From Limnothrix sp. BL-A-16 (lineage in GTDB: Bacteria > Cyanobacteriota > Cyanobacteriia > CACIAM-69d): 64,000 bases of DNA. Both the position numbers and the translations under genes were made by a program. The stretch spans positions 1,792,001-1,856,000 of the forward strand of contig CP166615.1 in NCBI GenBank assembly GCA_041937175.2, in the 5' to 3' direction. Of this stretch, positions 43,331 through 55,369 are shown piece by piece (the stretch's first letter is position 1; each line of letters starts with the position of its first letter). The notes under the pieces are model-generated. The model made no database searches, was not told the DNA's origin, and was given only the letters and a program-made list of their open reading frames with translations.

Positions 43331-43477
43331 TAGGGCCTGTCGTCATTATTTCGAGGCGATACTGAAACAGTTGATCTTCCATGCCCTAGTCGTCGCAACA
43401 AGGGGCTTGAGCATCTTGTCCCCCACGATCCGCTAACGGCAGACCTAGGGTTTCGTGCTCAACGACGACAGGCCCTA
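43331..43477 (+). mobile_element. Intact family B miniature element (147 bp)
   Basis: Perfect TIR TAGGGCCTGTCGTC / GACGACAGGCCCTA; core variant ACAAGGGGCTTGAGCATCTTGT at 43398-43419. Confidence 0.9.
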
Positions 43478-43486
43478 GGCCGTTAT

Positions 43487-44626
43487 TTAACCCAATCGGT
43501 GGCGCAACCAAAGGGCCATGAGCGGCAAAGCCACCCGATATCCCAACTCGGGTCCATAAACCAAACCCTTTTGTTGCAAGCTGGCCAGGGCCCCTTGCAG
43601 GCCGCCCCCCCGCGAAAGGCGGTGTTTTTGGACATATTCCCGCGCATGGGGGCGATCGGTCGGATCCAACGCCAAACTTTCCAGCAGCCGCACCTGGGAA
43701 TCGGGCAGCAACAACAGCAACGATTCAAACGTGGCCGACAAGTCCTCCACTAACCCGATCGCCGCGCGATCGACCTGCTCTGCCGTAATCGCCACCGGGG
43801 TCGCCGTCGATCGGCTCCGTTGCCCCGCCAGCACATCGAGCCAAATTCGCCGGGCCAGGGCGATCGACTCACCAAAATGGCCGCCCGCGTTCAGGGCAAA
43901 CCGCCGAATTGCTTCCGGAGTCCAGTGCAATCCCAGTCGATCGCTCCGTTCCCGCAGCCAGGGTTCCAATTCCGCCGCCGACAGGGGAGGCAGCAACAAA
44001 ATCGCCAAATTATGATCGGTGACCCACTCATCGGCCGTCGTGGCAATCAGGGCATAGCTCACTCGGGCTTGCCGTTGAATTTCGGCCCGCAAATATTGCT
44101 CCCAGCGCCCGTCACGATCCCATGACCTGAGGTGGGGCAAATTCGCCAAAACCATTACCACCCGATAGTTCAGGCCATCGGCCAACTGTTGAGGCAAGGC
44201 CAGCAGCGATTGAAAACTCGCCCATTGATCGGCCGTAGGCGGCAACCGCAGTTCTGGCCGATGCCCCCAGCGGATGGTGGCCCCCATGGTCTCGGCCCAC
44301 CGTTGCAGCGTTTGGCGCTCCCATTCTTGGCGGCAGGCTTGCAAAATGCCCGTGGCCAAACAGTCCACCAACCGCTCCGGACTCACGGCCCGCAAGCAAT
44401 CAATTTCCATGACCTGGGCCCCCAAACTGGCGGCCGCATAGGCCAAAAGGGTGCGCCGACCAATGCCCGGCACTCCGGCCAACAGCACGTCGCCATCCGC
44501 TTGCAAGATCTGACACAACTGCTCCCGATCGCTCACTCGGCCCACCAAATAGGGCGGAATAAAGGGATTCGGGGGAGGGCGATCGGGAAACACATTCGCA
44601 GCCGCCACGGGCGAAAGGATGACCAT
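43487..44626 (-). CDS. AAA+/P-loop ATPase-like protein with C-terminal winged helix (degenerate Walker motifs)
   Basis: LVGR..GVPGIGRRTL; C-terminal LSRGGGLQGALASLQQKGLV wHTH. Confidence 0.7.
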   Translation of the reverse strand: MVILSPVAAANVFPDRPPPNPFIPPYLVGRVSDREQLCQILQADGDVLLAGVPGIGRRTLLAYAAASLGAQVMEIDCLRAVSPERLVDCLATGILQACRQEWERQTLQRWAETMGATIRWGHRPELRLPPTADQWASFQSLLALPQQLADGLNYRVVMVLANLPHLRSWDRDGRWEQYLRAEIQRQARVSYALIATTADEWVTDHNLAILLLPPLSAAELEPWLRERSDRLGLHWTPEAIRRFALNAGGHFGESIALARRIWLDVLAGQRSRSTATPVAITAEQVDRAAIGLVEDLSATFESLLLLLPDSQVRLLESLALDPTDRPHAREYVQKHRLSRGGGLQGALASLQQKGLVYGPELGYRVALPLMALWLRHRLG

Positions 44627-44859
44627 TTTCACAACCTCAGCCAAACCAGTGACGGACTCCAATCAAGATCGATTGCGATCCTGATAGCACTATATAATAG
44701 TGCCAGCCGATCCCGCTGACTCATCTCGCCTTAGGGGATCGCAATTTTTAGCGATCAACGCGACCAAAGCCCATTTGCAAATTTCCTGATCCCAAACCCC
44801 GCGATCGCCCACCGTTCAACTAGAGCGATCGGGTTTGGTCACCCACCCCCTCCAGATCT

Positions 44860-47832
44860 ATGACTATTGACTCTCCTGCCCGCACTGCCACCCCCAACGC
44901 GGCGGCAGCCAAGCCCGTGGCCTGGCATTCCCTGGATCCACAAGCCGCGATCGAGCAATTGCAGGCCCGGCCCGAAACCGGCCTCAGTTCCGCCGAAGTG
45001 CGCGATCGACTGGCCCAATACGGGCCCAACGAACTTGATGATGGCGGTGGCCGCAGCGTTTGGGAAATTCTGTTGGGTCAGTTTGGCGACATCATGTTGC
45101 TGATGCTGATCGGGGTTGCCTTCGTGTCCGCCGGCCTGGATCTGTTTGAAGGTTGGCAAAGCACCCAACAGGCCAACCTCAGCTTGGCGGAAGGCTTCCA
45201 ACAGGGCAAATTTCCCTTTCCCAAGGATGCCTTGGCCATCTTTGTGATCGTGATTTTGAACGGCACGTTGGGCTATTTGCAGGAGAGTCGGGCCGAAAAA
45301 GCCCTATCCGCCCTCAAAAAATTGTCATCCCCCCGAGTCCGGGTGCAGCGGGATCAGCAAATCTTGGAAGTGGATGCCAAGGAACTGGTTCCCGGTGATG
45401 TGATGTTGATTGAAGCCGGAAACCAGGTGGCCGCCGATGGCCGCATCCTGGAATTGGCCAATCTGCAAATCCAAGAAGCTGCCTTGACCGGGGAAGCCCA
45501 TGCGGTGGATAAGCAGGTGAATTTGACCCTGGATCCGGAAACGTCCTTGGGCGATCGCATCAACCTGGTGTTTCAAGGCACGGAAGTGATTCAGGGCCGC
45601 GGCAAGGTGCTGGTTACGGAAACCGGGATGCGGACGGAGCTGGGCAAAATTGCCACCATGATCCAGTCCGTGGAAGCGGAAGAAACCCCCCTGCAACAAC
45701 GGATGGAGCAGTTGGGCAAGGCCCTGGTCACCGGCTCCATGGTGTTGGTGGTGCTGGTGGTGGTGGGCGGAACCTTTGCCCTGGGCTGGGAAAACTTCCG
45801 CAAGCTGCTGGAAGTGTCCCTCAGTATGGCGGTGGCCGTGGTTCCGGAAGGGTTGCCCGCCGTGATCACCGTGACGTTGGCCCTGGGAACGCAGCGAATG
45901 GTGCGCCGCCATGCCCTGATTCGCAAGCTGCCGGCCGTGGAAACCCTTGGCTCAGTCACCACCATTTGTTCAGACAAAACCGGGACATTGACCCAAAACA
46001 AGATGATTGTGCAGGCATTGGAACTGTGCGATCGCTCCGTACGGGTCACCGGCCAAGGGTACGAACCCTTCGGCTCCCTGCAACCGGTGGATGCGGCAGG
46101 ACAGTTGGGCGAGCCGCTCGCTGCTGAAACCTTGGCCCAGGAAGCACCGGACGTACATTTGCTGCTGGCGGCCTGCGTACTCTGTAACGATGCCATTTTG
46201 CAGTGCGATAAGACCGTGACCGATCGGGGCAAATCGCCTTGGATGATCATTGGTGACCCCACCGAAGGGGGACTGTTGGCCCTGGCTGGCAAAGGCAACC
46301 TGAGCCAGGAAGAGTGGACGAAGCGCTATCCCCGCGCCGCTGAAATTCCGTTTTCGTCCGATCGCAAACGGATGAGCGTGTTTGTGCGCACGGATCAGGC
46401 CGGGCCGCTGTCGTTGGCGGCCATCACCGGCCCCGCCAAGGTTTTGATGGCCGGCAAAGGATCGCCAGAACTATTGTTGGAGCGGTGCGATCGCGTCCAA
46501 AGCGGTGCCCAGTCCCGCCCCCTGACCCCGGCCGATCGCGCGGATATTTTGGAGCGCAATAACCAATTGGCCAGCAAAGGGCTACGGGTCTTGGGCTTGG
46601 CCTACAAACCCTTGGATCAACTGCCCCCCGAAGCCAACAATCATTCGCCGGAACAAAACGGCTCCACCACCGACCCCGAACAGAACCTAATTTGGCTCGG
46701 ACTGGTGGGGATGATGGATGCGCCGCGCCCGGAAGTGGCTGAGGCCGTGGCTCGCTGCCGCATGGCTGGCATCCGCCCGATGATGATTACCGGTGACCAC
46801 CAACTGACCGCTAAGGCGATCGCCCAGGAGTTGGGCATTGCCGCCGAGGGCGATCGAGCCTTGACCGGCACCGAACTGGAAAAAATGACCCAAGGCGAAC
46901 TAGAAGAAGCCGTGGGCCGCGTTTCCGTCTATGCCCGTGTTTCCCCAGAGCACAAGCTGCGGATTGTGAAAGCCCTGCAACACCAAGGCAAAATCGCCGC
47001 CATGACCGGCGACGGCGTAAACGACGCGCCCGCCCTCAAACAGGCCAACATCGGCATCGCCATGGGCATCACCGGCACCGATGCCAGCAAAGAAGCCAGT
47101 GATATGGTGCTGCTGGATGACAACTTCGCCACGATCGTTGCTGCCACCGAAGAAGGCCGCGTTGTTTATGACAACATTCGCCGCTTCGTGAAATATATCC
47201 TCGGCTCCAACATCGGTGAGGTGCTGACGATCGCCAGCGCTCCCCTGATCATTCCCATTTCCCAAGTGGGCGGTGATTTGGTGCCCCTCACGCCTCTGCA
47301 AATTTTGTGGATGAACTTGGTAACCGATGGGTTGCCGGCCTTGGCTCTGGCCATGGAACCCGCTTCCCCGGACGTGATGCAGCGGCCGCCCCATGCCCCC
47401 CACGAAGGTATCTTCGCGCGTGGATTGGGAGCTTACATGGTGCGGATCGGGATTGTGTTTGCGGTGGTCACCATCGTTCTCATGGTTTGGTCCTATAACT
47501 ATGCCCAAGGCACTGACCACCCCGATAGCTGGAAAACCATGGTCTTCACGAGCCTTTGCATTGCCCAGATGGGCCACGCTTTGGCCGTGCGATCGGACAC
47601 GAAGCTGATTGTGGAAATGAATATGTTCTCCAATCCCTATGTGCTCTGGTCGGTGACGCTCACCACGCTGTTGCAACTGGCGTTGGTTTACCTGCCGCCG
47701 CTGCAATCCTTCTTTGGCACTTCGGCTTTGGACTTCACGGAACTGCTGGTTTGTCTTGGCTTCAGTGCCCTAATTGTGGTTTGGATTGAGGGTGAAAAGC
47801 TGTTCCTCCGTTGGTTCTGGAACAAGCGCTAG
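44860..47832 (+). CDS. P-type IIA cation (Ca2+-type) transporting ATPase
   Basis: [33 protein letters not shown] and NLVTDG motifs. Confidence 0.93.
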   Translation: MTIDSPARTATPNAAAAKPVAWHSLDPQAAIEQLQARPETGLSSAEVRDRLAQYGPNELDDGGGRSVWEILLGQFGDIMLLMLIGVAFVSAGLDLFEGWQSTQQANLSLAEGFQQGKFPFPKDALAIFVIVILNGTLGYLQESRAEKALSALKKLSSPRVRVQRDQQILEVDAKELVPGDVMLIEAGNQVAADGRILELANLQIQEAALTGEAHAVDKQVNLTLDPETSLGDRINLVFQGTEVIQGRGKVLVTETGMRTELGKIATMIQSVEAEETPLQQRMEQLGKALVTGSMVLVVLVVVGGTFALGWENFRKLLEVSLSMAVAVVPEGLPAVITVTLALGTQRMVRRHALIRKLPAVETLGSVTTICSDKTGTLTQNKMIVQALELCDRSVRVTGQGYEPFGSLQPVDAAGQLGEPLAAETLAQEAPDVHLLLAACVLCNDAILQCDKTVTDRGKSPWMIIGDPTEGGLLALAGKGNLSQEEWTKRYPRAAEIPFSSDRKRMSVFVRTDQAGPLSLAAITGPAKVLMAGKGSPELLLERCDRVQSGAQSRPLTPADRADILERNNQLASKGLRVLGLAYKPLDQLPPEANNHSPEQNGSTTDPEQNLIWLGLVGMMDAPRPEVAEAVARCRMAGIRPMMITGDHQLTAKAIAQELGIAAEGDRALTGTELEKMTQGELEEAVGRVSVYARVSPEHKLRIVKALQHQGKIAAMTGDGVNDAPALKQANIGIAMGITGTDASKEASDMVLLDDNFATIVAATEEGRVVYDNIRRFVKYILGSNIGEVLTIASAPLIIPISQVGGDLVPLTPLQILWMNLVTDGLPALALAMEPASPDVMQRPPHAPHEGIFARGLGAYMVRIGIVFAVVTIVLMVWSYNYAQGTDHPDSWKTMVFTSLCIAQMGHALAVRSDTKLIVEMNMFSNPYVLWSVTLTTLLQLALVYLPPLQSFFGTSALDFTELLVCLGFSALIVVWIEGEKLFLRWFWNKR

Positions 47833-47892
47833 GCGATCGTCCTTCGGCCAAAATCACGGGAATCATTGGCATAAATTGCCATGACTGATAAC

Positions 47893-47916
47893 GGGGGGGC
47901 GATCGCTCCCCTTTTT
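47893..47916 (+). terminator. Intrinsic terminator with HIP1-centred hairpin
   Basis: GGGGGGGC-GATC-GCTCCCC followed by TTTTT, 60 bp after the ATPase stop. Confidence 0.7.
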
Positions 47917-48293
47917 GATGGCTTGTTTTTGATGGTTGGTGGCGATCGAGTCCAAAGCACGATCGCCACTAGCAGCATCGTCTCCCTGGGGACAGTGGCC
48001 GGTAATCAAAAAATTGCTAAATGTAACGCGATCGAGCCAGTCTTCAGGTCTGCTGAACGGAAAGTTTAGATTTCTTTATCAATTCGTGAACAATCACTGA
48101 CATTCTTCATCGCGATCTCGTCAGCAATCTTGAACACTCAAATGGCTCCATAGCAGGATTTTTGGCAAAAATTGCCCAAAATTCTCATTTTTAATTCTTT
48201 ACTTACAGCAAAAAAGATTTATGAATAACGCTTTACGAAGTCAGTAGAATAGCAACATCCATAAGGCAGTAAGTATTCTTGCTCACCACCATC

Positions 48294-49973
48294 ATGGCGG
48301 ATCATTTTCCCTGGCTGACCGTGATCATTCTGTTTCCGCTGATCGCGGCCTTCCTGATTCCCCTCCTCCCCGATCGCAACGGCAAAACCGTCCGCTGGTT
48401 CGCACTCAGCGTCGGCGTACTGGACTTTCTATTGATGGTCTATACGTTCTGGACGCACTACGACTCCAGCAACTCCAGCTTCCAACTGGTTGAAAAATAT
48501 CCCTGGCTGCCGCAAATCGGCTTTAGCTGGGCCGTCTCCGTTGACGGCATCTCCATGCCCCTCGTCCTGTTAGCCGGATTCGTCACCACGTTGGCCATGT
48601 GGGCTTCCTGGCAGGTCGATCGCAAGCCTCGGTTGTTCTATTTCCTGATGTTGGTGCTCTATGCAGCCCAAATCGGGGTATTCGTGGCCCAAGACCTGCT
48701 GCTGCTCTTCATTCAGTGGGAATTGGAACTGGTTCCGGTATATCTACTGGTTTCCATTTGGGGCGGTCAAAAACGCCGCTACGCCGCCACCAAGTTTCTG
48801 ATTTACACCGCTGCTGCTTCGATCTTTATTTTGGTTGCTGGCTTGGCCCTGGCCCTGTCCGGCGACGGCCCGGTCACCTTTGACCTGGCAGACCTGGCCC
48901 TCAAGAACTATTCCTTGGGCTTGGAACTGTTGCTCTATGCGGGTTTGTTGATTGCATTTGGGGTCAAGTTGGCTATTTTCCCCATGCACACTTGGTTGCC
49001 GGATGCCCACGGGGAAGCTTCTGCGCCCGTGTCCATGATTCTGGCGGGTGTGCTGTTGAAAATGGGCGGCTATGGACTGATTCGTCTGAACCTAGAATTG
49101 CTGTCCGATGCTCACATCTACTTCGCACCGGTACTGGCCATTCTCGGGGTGGTGAACATCATCTACGGTGCTTTTGCCTCCTTTGCCCAGAACAATATGA
49201 AGCGCCGCTTGGCCTATTCGTCCGTGTCGCACATGGGCTTTGTGCTGCTGGGTATCGCTTCGTTCACGGACTTGGGGGTTAGCGGCGCAATGCTGCAAAT
49301 GCTGTCCCATGGTCTGATTGCAGCCCTGCTGTTCTTCTTAGCAGGTGTGACCTACGACCGCACCCACACCCTGGCGATGGATCAAATGCGCGGCATGGGT
49401 CAATTGATGCCGAAGGTGTTTGCGCTGTTCACGGCGGGGGCCCTGGCTTCCTTGGCACTGCCGGGAATGAGCGGTTTTGCCAGTGAGCTGGCGGTGTTTG
49501 TTGGGTTCACCAGCAGCGATATCTATAGCTCCACGTTCTGCACGGTGACGGTGTTCTTGGCTGCGGTGGGTGTGATTCTCACGCCGATTTATCTGCTGTC
49601 GATGCTGCGTCAGGTGTTTTACGGTTCGAGCGCGGATCTGGCTTGCGAGGTGGGCAATGCGGGCCTGCAAAACCAGGATGTGGAAGGCGCAGTTTGTTTC
49701 GGTACCGATTGCGTGTTGCCTGATCAGGCCGTGTTCCGGGATGCCCGGAAGCGTGAGGTGGCCATTTCGATGGCGTTCCTGATTCCGATCGTGGCGATCG
49801 GGGTGTATCCGCAACTGGCCACGAAGGTCTATGACGTGAAGACGGTGGCCGTGAACTCGCAGGTTCGGGAGTCTTACACGATCGCGAAGGCCAATCCTGA
49901 GTTCTTTGCCCAGGGTCTGTTCCAACGGTCGATCGCCCAAAAGGTGGCTCAGGCTCCGACGCTGGCGGAATAG
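48294..49973 (+). CDS. ndhD: NAD(P)H-quinone oxidoreductase subunit 4 (NdhD1/D2 type, probably NdhD2)
   Basis: [31 protein letters not shown] and AYSSVSHMG motifs. Confidence 0.92.
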   Translation: MADHFPWLTVIILFPLIAAFLIPLLPDRNGKTVRWFALSVGVLDFLLMVYTFWTHYDSSNSSFQLVEKYPWLPQIGFSWAVSVDGISMPLVLLAGFVTTLAMWASWQVDRKPRLFYFLMLVLYAAQIGVFVAQDLLLLFIQWELELVPVYLLVSIWGGQKRRYAATKFLIYTAAASIFILVAGLALALSGDGPVTFDLADLALKNYSLGLELLLYAGLLIAFGVKLAIFPMHTWLPDAHGEASAPVSMILAGVLLKMGGYGLIRLNLELLSDAHIYFAPVLAILGVVNIIYGAFASFAQNNMKRRLAYSSVSHMGFVLLGIASFTDLGVSGAMLQMLSHGLIAALLFFLAGVTYDRTHTLAMDQMRGMGQLMPKVFALFTAGALASLALPGMSGFASELAVFVGFTSSDIYSSTFCTVTVFLAAVGVILTPIYLLSMLRQVFYGSSADLACEVGNAGLQNQDVEGAVCFGTDCVLPDQAVFRDARKREVAISMAFLIPIVAIGVYPQLATKVYDVKTVAVNSQVRESYTIAKANPEFFAQGLFQRSIAQKVAQAPTLAE

Positions 49974-50182
49974 GGCAGTGGAACCGGGTTGGAAAATGCC
50001 CGGTTTCGCCGCTCGGTTAACTCATCGGTTAACTTAATAAACTCCGATCGGGGGCGATCGCTATCTTAAGGAGATGGTCGATTGCCCCCGATTCAGTTAC
50101 CAGATCCGCAAAAATACAGCCCCCAAAAAATATAGGCCCGAAAGCATAAACCCCAAAATTACAGATCGAAAAAATACAGATC

Positions 50183-50207
50183 AAAAAAGGGAGCCGATCG
50201 ACTCCCT
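50183..50207 (-). terminator. Intrinsic terminator for ilvC (minus strand)
   Basis: Minus strand reads AGGGAGTC-GATC-GGCTCCC-TTTTTT. Confidence 0.65.
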
Positions 50208-50252
50208 GACAAGCTATCTTTTCAAGCCGCATCCAGTTTGCTAAAGACCCCC

Positions 50253-50398
50253 TAGGGCCTGTCGTCATTCCCTAGGATCGGGCGGAAACGATTGGTTTTC
50301 TATGTCCCAGTCGTCGTAACAAGGGGCATAAGCCCCTTGTCCTCCACGATTTGCCAACGGTGGAATCAGGGTTTCAGGTGATTTGACGACACACCCTA
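50253..50398 (+). mobile_element. Family B miniature element (146 bp, diverged)
   Basis: TAGGGCCTGTCGTCA...TGACGACACACCCTA; core ACAAGGGGCATAAGCCCCTTGT at 50319-50340. Confidence 0.85.
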
Positions 50399-50448
50399 GG
50401 AAATTCCTGAGAAATTCCTAGAAGTTGCCGAAAAATTTCCTGGAAACC

Positions 50449-51552
<1,104 letters not shown>

Positions 51553-51657
51553 TCAAACGGTGCGAGAACCGTTGCTCTGGCTCAGGTTGCCCTTGGGGAA
51601 CGCGATCGGGGATTAGTCGTCAAGCGATTTATAGGGAACGTTGAAAGAGGTTTGGGT

Positions 51658-53730
51658 ATGGCGTTGCTAGTGCTGACCGATGGGGATGAGCGGCTGAATT
51701 TGACGGAAGCCCAGGCGGTTTTGGGTCAGGGAGGCAATGACTCCCTCACGGGAACCAGTGGCGATGACATCCTCTACGGTGGCCTGGGCAACGACACCCT
51801 GATCGGCGGTGCTGGAGCCGACATTCTGGGCGGCAACGAGGGGGACAATCGCCTGCGAGGGGGGGCGGGCAGCGATATTTTTGTGATTGAGGCCGGAACC
51901 AGCACCACCGGTACAACAACGGCCCTGCAACGAATTGAGGATTTTGATCCAACGAGCGATCGCATTGGGCTGGCTCCGGGGCTGCGGTTCGAGGATTTGG
52001 AGATTGTGCGGGTCAGCGATCGCGCCAATGACACCATCGCCACCAGCACCACCGACAGCCCCGGCGAAGTGCTGATTTTTCTGAAGGGCACAACCAACCT
52101 GCTGGCCCGGGTGGCCAATGTGCGGGTAGCCGACTTGGGGCGCGATCGATTTGTGGAAGCGGAGGTGTTGCAATTTAGCGACAGCACCTTCCAGGTTCGG
52201 GAAGATGGCACACCGCTCACCAGTATTCGCATTGAGCGCAGTTTTCCCTTCCTAAAATCGCCAATCACCACCAAAACAGTCACGGTGGCCGTGAGCAATG
52301 GCACGGCGATCTTGGGCCAAGATTTGCGCTTGGATGGGCCGATCGTGGCGGAGTTTGGGGCCGATGAGCGATCGGTCTCGGTGGTGTTGCCGCTGGTGGA
52401 TGACTTGCTGGTGGAGGGAACGGAAACCCTACGCCTCACCTTGACGGATCCAACCGGGGGCAGCAAGCTGGGCGATCGCACCCAGGCGACCCTCTTGATT
52501 GAGGACAATGACCAGCCTGTAGCGGCTTCACCGGGGCGCTTAGATTTCAGCGGCTCCGTCTACAGCGTTGAAGAAAGTGATGGTTCCGCCCTGATTGCCA
52601 TCACTCGCACGGGGGGCACCAACGGCGAAATTACCGCCACGATCGATATCGTCAATGACAGCGCGATCGTTTTCCGCGACCTGGGCGCACCGGAACCCAC
52701 CGTGGTGCGGTTTGCCGACGGCGACAGCACCACCCAATTTGTCCGGGTTCCTCTGATTGACAACTTTGTGGAGGATGGAACCCGCAGCGCCATTTTGCGG
52801 CTGGTGAACCTGACCAACGGAGCTAGCACCGGAGAACGCCCCGCCGCCCGCTTAGAAATTATCGATAATGACGGCCCGGCCGGAACTTTATCCTTCAGCC
52901 AGCCGGTTTTTAGCGTGGTGGAAGGCCAGGCGATCGCCTCGATCACGGTCACCCGCAGCAACGGCAGCAGCGGCCCCGTCACCGCCCTCATTTCCACCAC
53001 CAGCGGCACGGCCGTTCCCGGTGCTGATTTTGGCATTCCCGCCAGCACCCTGGTGAGCTTTGCCGATGGGGACACCACACCCCAGACGATTCAATTCTCG
53101 ATCGGGGATGATGCCCTGTTGGAATCCACCGAAGTGGTGAATCTGGCCTTGGTGAACCCGACGGGCGGGGCCTTGCTGGGGCGGCAAAATACGGCAGTGC
53201 TGGAGATTGCCGATAACGATCGATTCACAGCCCAGGTCAACTTTGGGCAAGTGCGCGATCTCCAGCCGATCGGCACTGATCCGATTACGGGCGTTCAATT
53301 TTCCAGCAATGCCCTAGGAATTTTGGATTACAACGCGGGTGGCAGTGGCAACTTCACCGATCCGTTGCTGAATGCCGGAGCCGCCGCCCAAGTGATGACC
53401 TACGGAGAAGGGCGATCGATTGTGATGACCGTGGCCAACGGGTTTCGCGATCGCCTTAGTTTCCGTTATGCGGCCCCCTTTGCCCTTGATCCTCGCCGCG
53501 ATCCCGATGGGGATGGCCTCCACGAAGTGACGCTCTACGACGGGCCCAACGGCACTGGAAATATTTTGGCCATTATCGATTTGCCCCGAACTGCCGACAG
53601 CAACTTACCCGTGGGAGCCTACGCCCTGACCCGCGATCCCTTCGTGGTTAACTTCAGCGGCATTGCCCGATCGGTCACCTTCGGCAGCCAAGCAGACAAG
53701 CTGATTTTGGACGACATCGCGATCGGCTAG
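51658..53730 (+). CDS. Secreted-type Ca2+-binding protein: N-terminal RTX nonapeptides and three Calx-beta domains
   Basis: GGNDSLTG/GGLGNDTLIGGAGAD repeats; three Calx-beta units ending IEDND, IIDND and IADND. Confidence 0.85.
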   Translation: MALLVLTDGDERLNLTEAQAVLGQGGNDSLTGTSGDDILYGGLGNDTLIGGAGADILGGNEGDNRLRGGAGSDIFVIEAGTSTTGTTTALQRIEDFDPTSDRIGLAPGLRFEDLEIVRVSDRANDTIATSTTDSPGEVLIFLKGTTNLLARVANVRVADLGRDRFVEAEVLQFSDSTFQVREDGTPLTSIRIERSFPFLKSPITTKTVTVAVSNGTAILGQDLRLDGPIVAEFGADERSVSVVLPLVDDLLVEGTETLRLTLTDPTGGSKLGDRTQATLLIEDNDQPVAASPGRLDFSGSVYSVEESDGSALIAITRTGGTNGEITATIDIVNDSAIVFRDLGAPEPTVVRFADGDSTTQFVRVPLIDNFVEDGTRSAILRLVNLTNGASTGERPAARLEIIDNDGPAGTLSFSQPVFSVVEGQAIASITVTRSNGSSGPVTALISTTSGTAVPGADFGIPASTLVSFADGDTTPQTIQFSIGDDALLESTEVVNLALVNPTGGALLGRQNTAVLEIADNDRFTAQVNFGQVRDLQPIGTDPITGVQFSSNALGILDYNAGGSGNFTDPLLNAGAAAQVMTYGEGRSIVMTVANGFRDRLSFRYAAPFALDPRRDPDGDGLHEVTLYDGPNGTGNILAIIDLPRTADSNLPVGAYALTRDPFVVNFSGIARSVTFGSQADKLILDDIAIG

Positions 53731-53966
53731 GCTCATCTCGTCCCCACTGGCCCTTGATCCCACCAGATCCCCAAAATCGCGAAATTGTCTCAAAAATTCC
53801 TCTAATTTCCTCAAATGTCACCTTGTCGTTAAAAATTACTCAAAATTGCGCTAAATCATCCAAAATCACCCAAAAACCAGGGCTGAAGCGGTTCATCAAT
53901 CGCCAATTATCTGCAATTCGTAGCCTGCGGAACAGCAAAAATTTTGATTTGCTTCAACATTGACGG

Positions 53967-54023
53967 GTCGCATATCTAGTGTTTGACTGAGAAAGGTTTT
54001 CTGTTTCACGCTAGATATTGTGG
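53967..54023 (+). promoter_or_regulatory. Tandem NrdR-like boxes (41-bp spacing)
   Basis: GTCGCATATCTAGTGT at 53967 and ACGCTAGATATTGTGG at 54008, compared with consensus acaCwAtATaTwGtgt; upstream of dNTP-metabolism genes. Confidence 0.65.
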
Positions 54024-54037
54024 GTGTCCCATCAGCT

Positions 54038-54568
54038 ATGGTCTCGCAACTTGAGGTTTCCACCCTATCGCGATCGTCCAACTCCCTTGCCCATGGTCTG
54101 GTGCAGGTATTTACCGCACCCCGGCGAACGTTTCTGACAGATGTAATGGCCCAGGCCCTGCGCGTGGCCGGCCAGGGACAGTCGGTGTTAGTGGCCCAAT
54201 TCCTCAAGGGTGGCATTCGTCAGGGCAGCGACCATCCGATCTCCTTGGTGCAACGGCTGGATTGGCTGCGTTGTGACCTCTCGCGCAATTTGGATGAAGC
54301 CCAGCCCACACCGGAAGAAATTGCCGCCATTCAGGATCTTTGGCAACAGGTGGTCGATCGGGTGCAGTCGGGACAATACGAGCTAATTGTGCTGGATGAA
54401 TTAAGCTTGGCAATTCGGCTGGGGGCGATCGACTGCAAGGAAGTGCTGGATCTGCTCGATCGCTGCCCTCAACACCTGGACGTGATTTTGACCGGGCCCG
54501 ACGTACCCCAATCGCTGTTGGATGCGGCTGACCAAATCACCGAAGTGCGTCGCAGTCGTCGTTCTTGA
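54038..54568 (+). CDS. CobA/CobO/BtuR-like P-loop protein lacking the GKGKT motif
   Basis: QFLKGG, IVLDELS, VILTG and ADQITE are conserved; the Walker A region reads VFTAPRRTF. Confidence 0.75.
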   Translation: MVSQLEVSTLSRSSNSLAHGLVQVFTAPRRTFLTDVMAQALRVAGQGQSVLVAQFLKGGIRQGSDHPISLVQRLDWLRCDLSRNLDEAQPTPEEIAAIQDLWQQVVDRVQSGQYELIVLDELSLAIRLGAIDCKEVLDLLDRCPQHLDVILTGPDVPQSLLDAADQITEVRRSRRS

Positions 54569-54719
54569 TCGTTAACGCTGGCTTGTTTGGGCTGGTCTGC
54601 TCGATCGGGATTGCGCCCTAGATTGCGCCGCCCCCGAAAGGCATCCCAGCCAGGGGTGGCAAGCTCAAGGCTGCTTTATGCTAAGGTGGCTTGCTGCCAT
54701 ACCTCACTCGCTGACGATC

Positions 54720-55301
54720 ATGCTCAAGAACGATGCCTGGATTACCGAGATGGCCCGCCAAGGGATGATTTCCCCCTTCGAGCCAAAGCTTGTGCGGCGC
54801 ATCGATCAGCAGCCCGTCATCTCCTATGGATGCAGCAGTTTTGGCTATGACATCCGCCTGTCGCCCAAGGAATTCAAAATTTTTCGCCACATTCCTGGCA
54901 CAGTCGTTGATCCCAAAAACTTCAACCCCGCCAACCTGGATCCCGCCGCGCTACACCGCGATGAAAATGGTGAATTTTTCATCCTGCCGGCCCACTCCTA
55001 CGGCCTCGGGGTTGCCCTAGAGCATTTGCAAATTCCCGACACCATCACCGTTCTTTGCATTGGCAAAAGCACCTACGCCCGTGTTGGGCTGATTGCCAAC
55101 TTGACCCCAGCGGAGGCGGGCTGGCGCGGCCATTTGACCCTGGAAATTTCCAACGCATCGAGCGCCGATTGCCGGATCTATGCCAATGAAGGCATTGTGC
55201 AATTGCTCTTTATGGAAGGGGATCCCTGCGAAGTCAGCTATGAAACGCGCCAGGGCAAATATCAAGACCAACCCGAGTCGATCATAATTGCCCGAGTCTA
55301 A
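54720..55301 (+). CDS. dcd: dCTP deaminase
   Basis: ISYGCSSFGYDIRL, GKSTYAR, TPAEAGWRGHLTLE, YANEG and GKYQDQ motifs. Confidence 0.95.
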   Translation: MLKNDAWITEMARQGMISPFEPKLVRRIDQQPVISYGCSSFGYDIRLSPKEFKIFRHIPGTVVDPKNFNPANLDPAALHRDENGEFFILPAHSYGLGVALEHLQIPDTITVLCIGKSTYARVGLIANLTPAEAGWRGHLTLEISNASSADCRIYANEGIVQLLFMEGDPCEVSYETRQGKYQDQPESIIIARV

Positions 55302-55369
55302 TTCGCGCCCAGTCTGCCGGTTCTCCATCTTCCTTTTCTGCCCCTCATTGTCGCTTTCCCTCGAACGCC

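Noticed and set aside
15816..49973. Complex I assembly cluster (MidA/NDUFAF7-like, CIA30-like, ndhD)
   Set aside because: The genes are spread over 34 kb with unrelated genes between them and there is no operon evidence.
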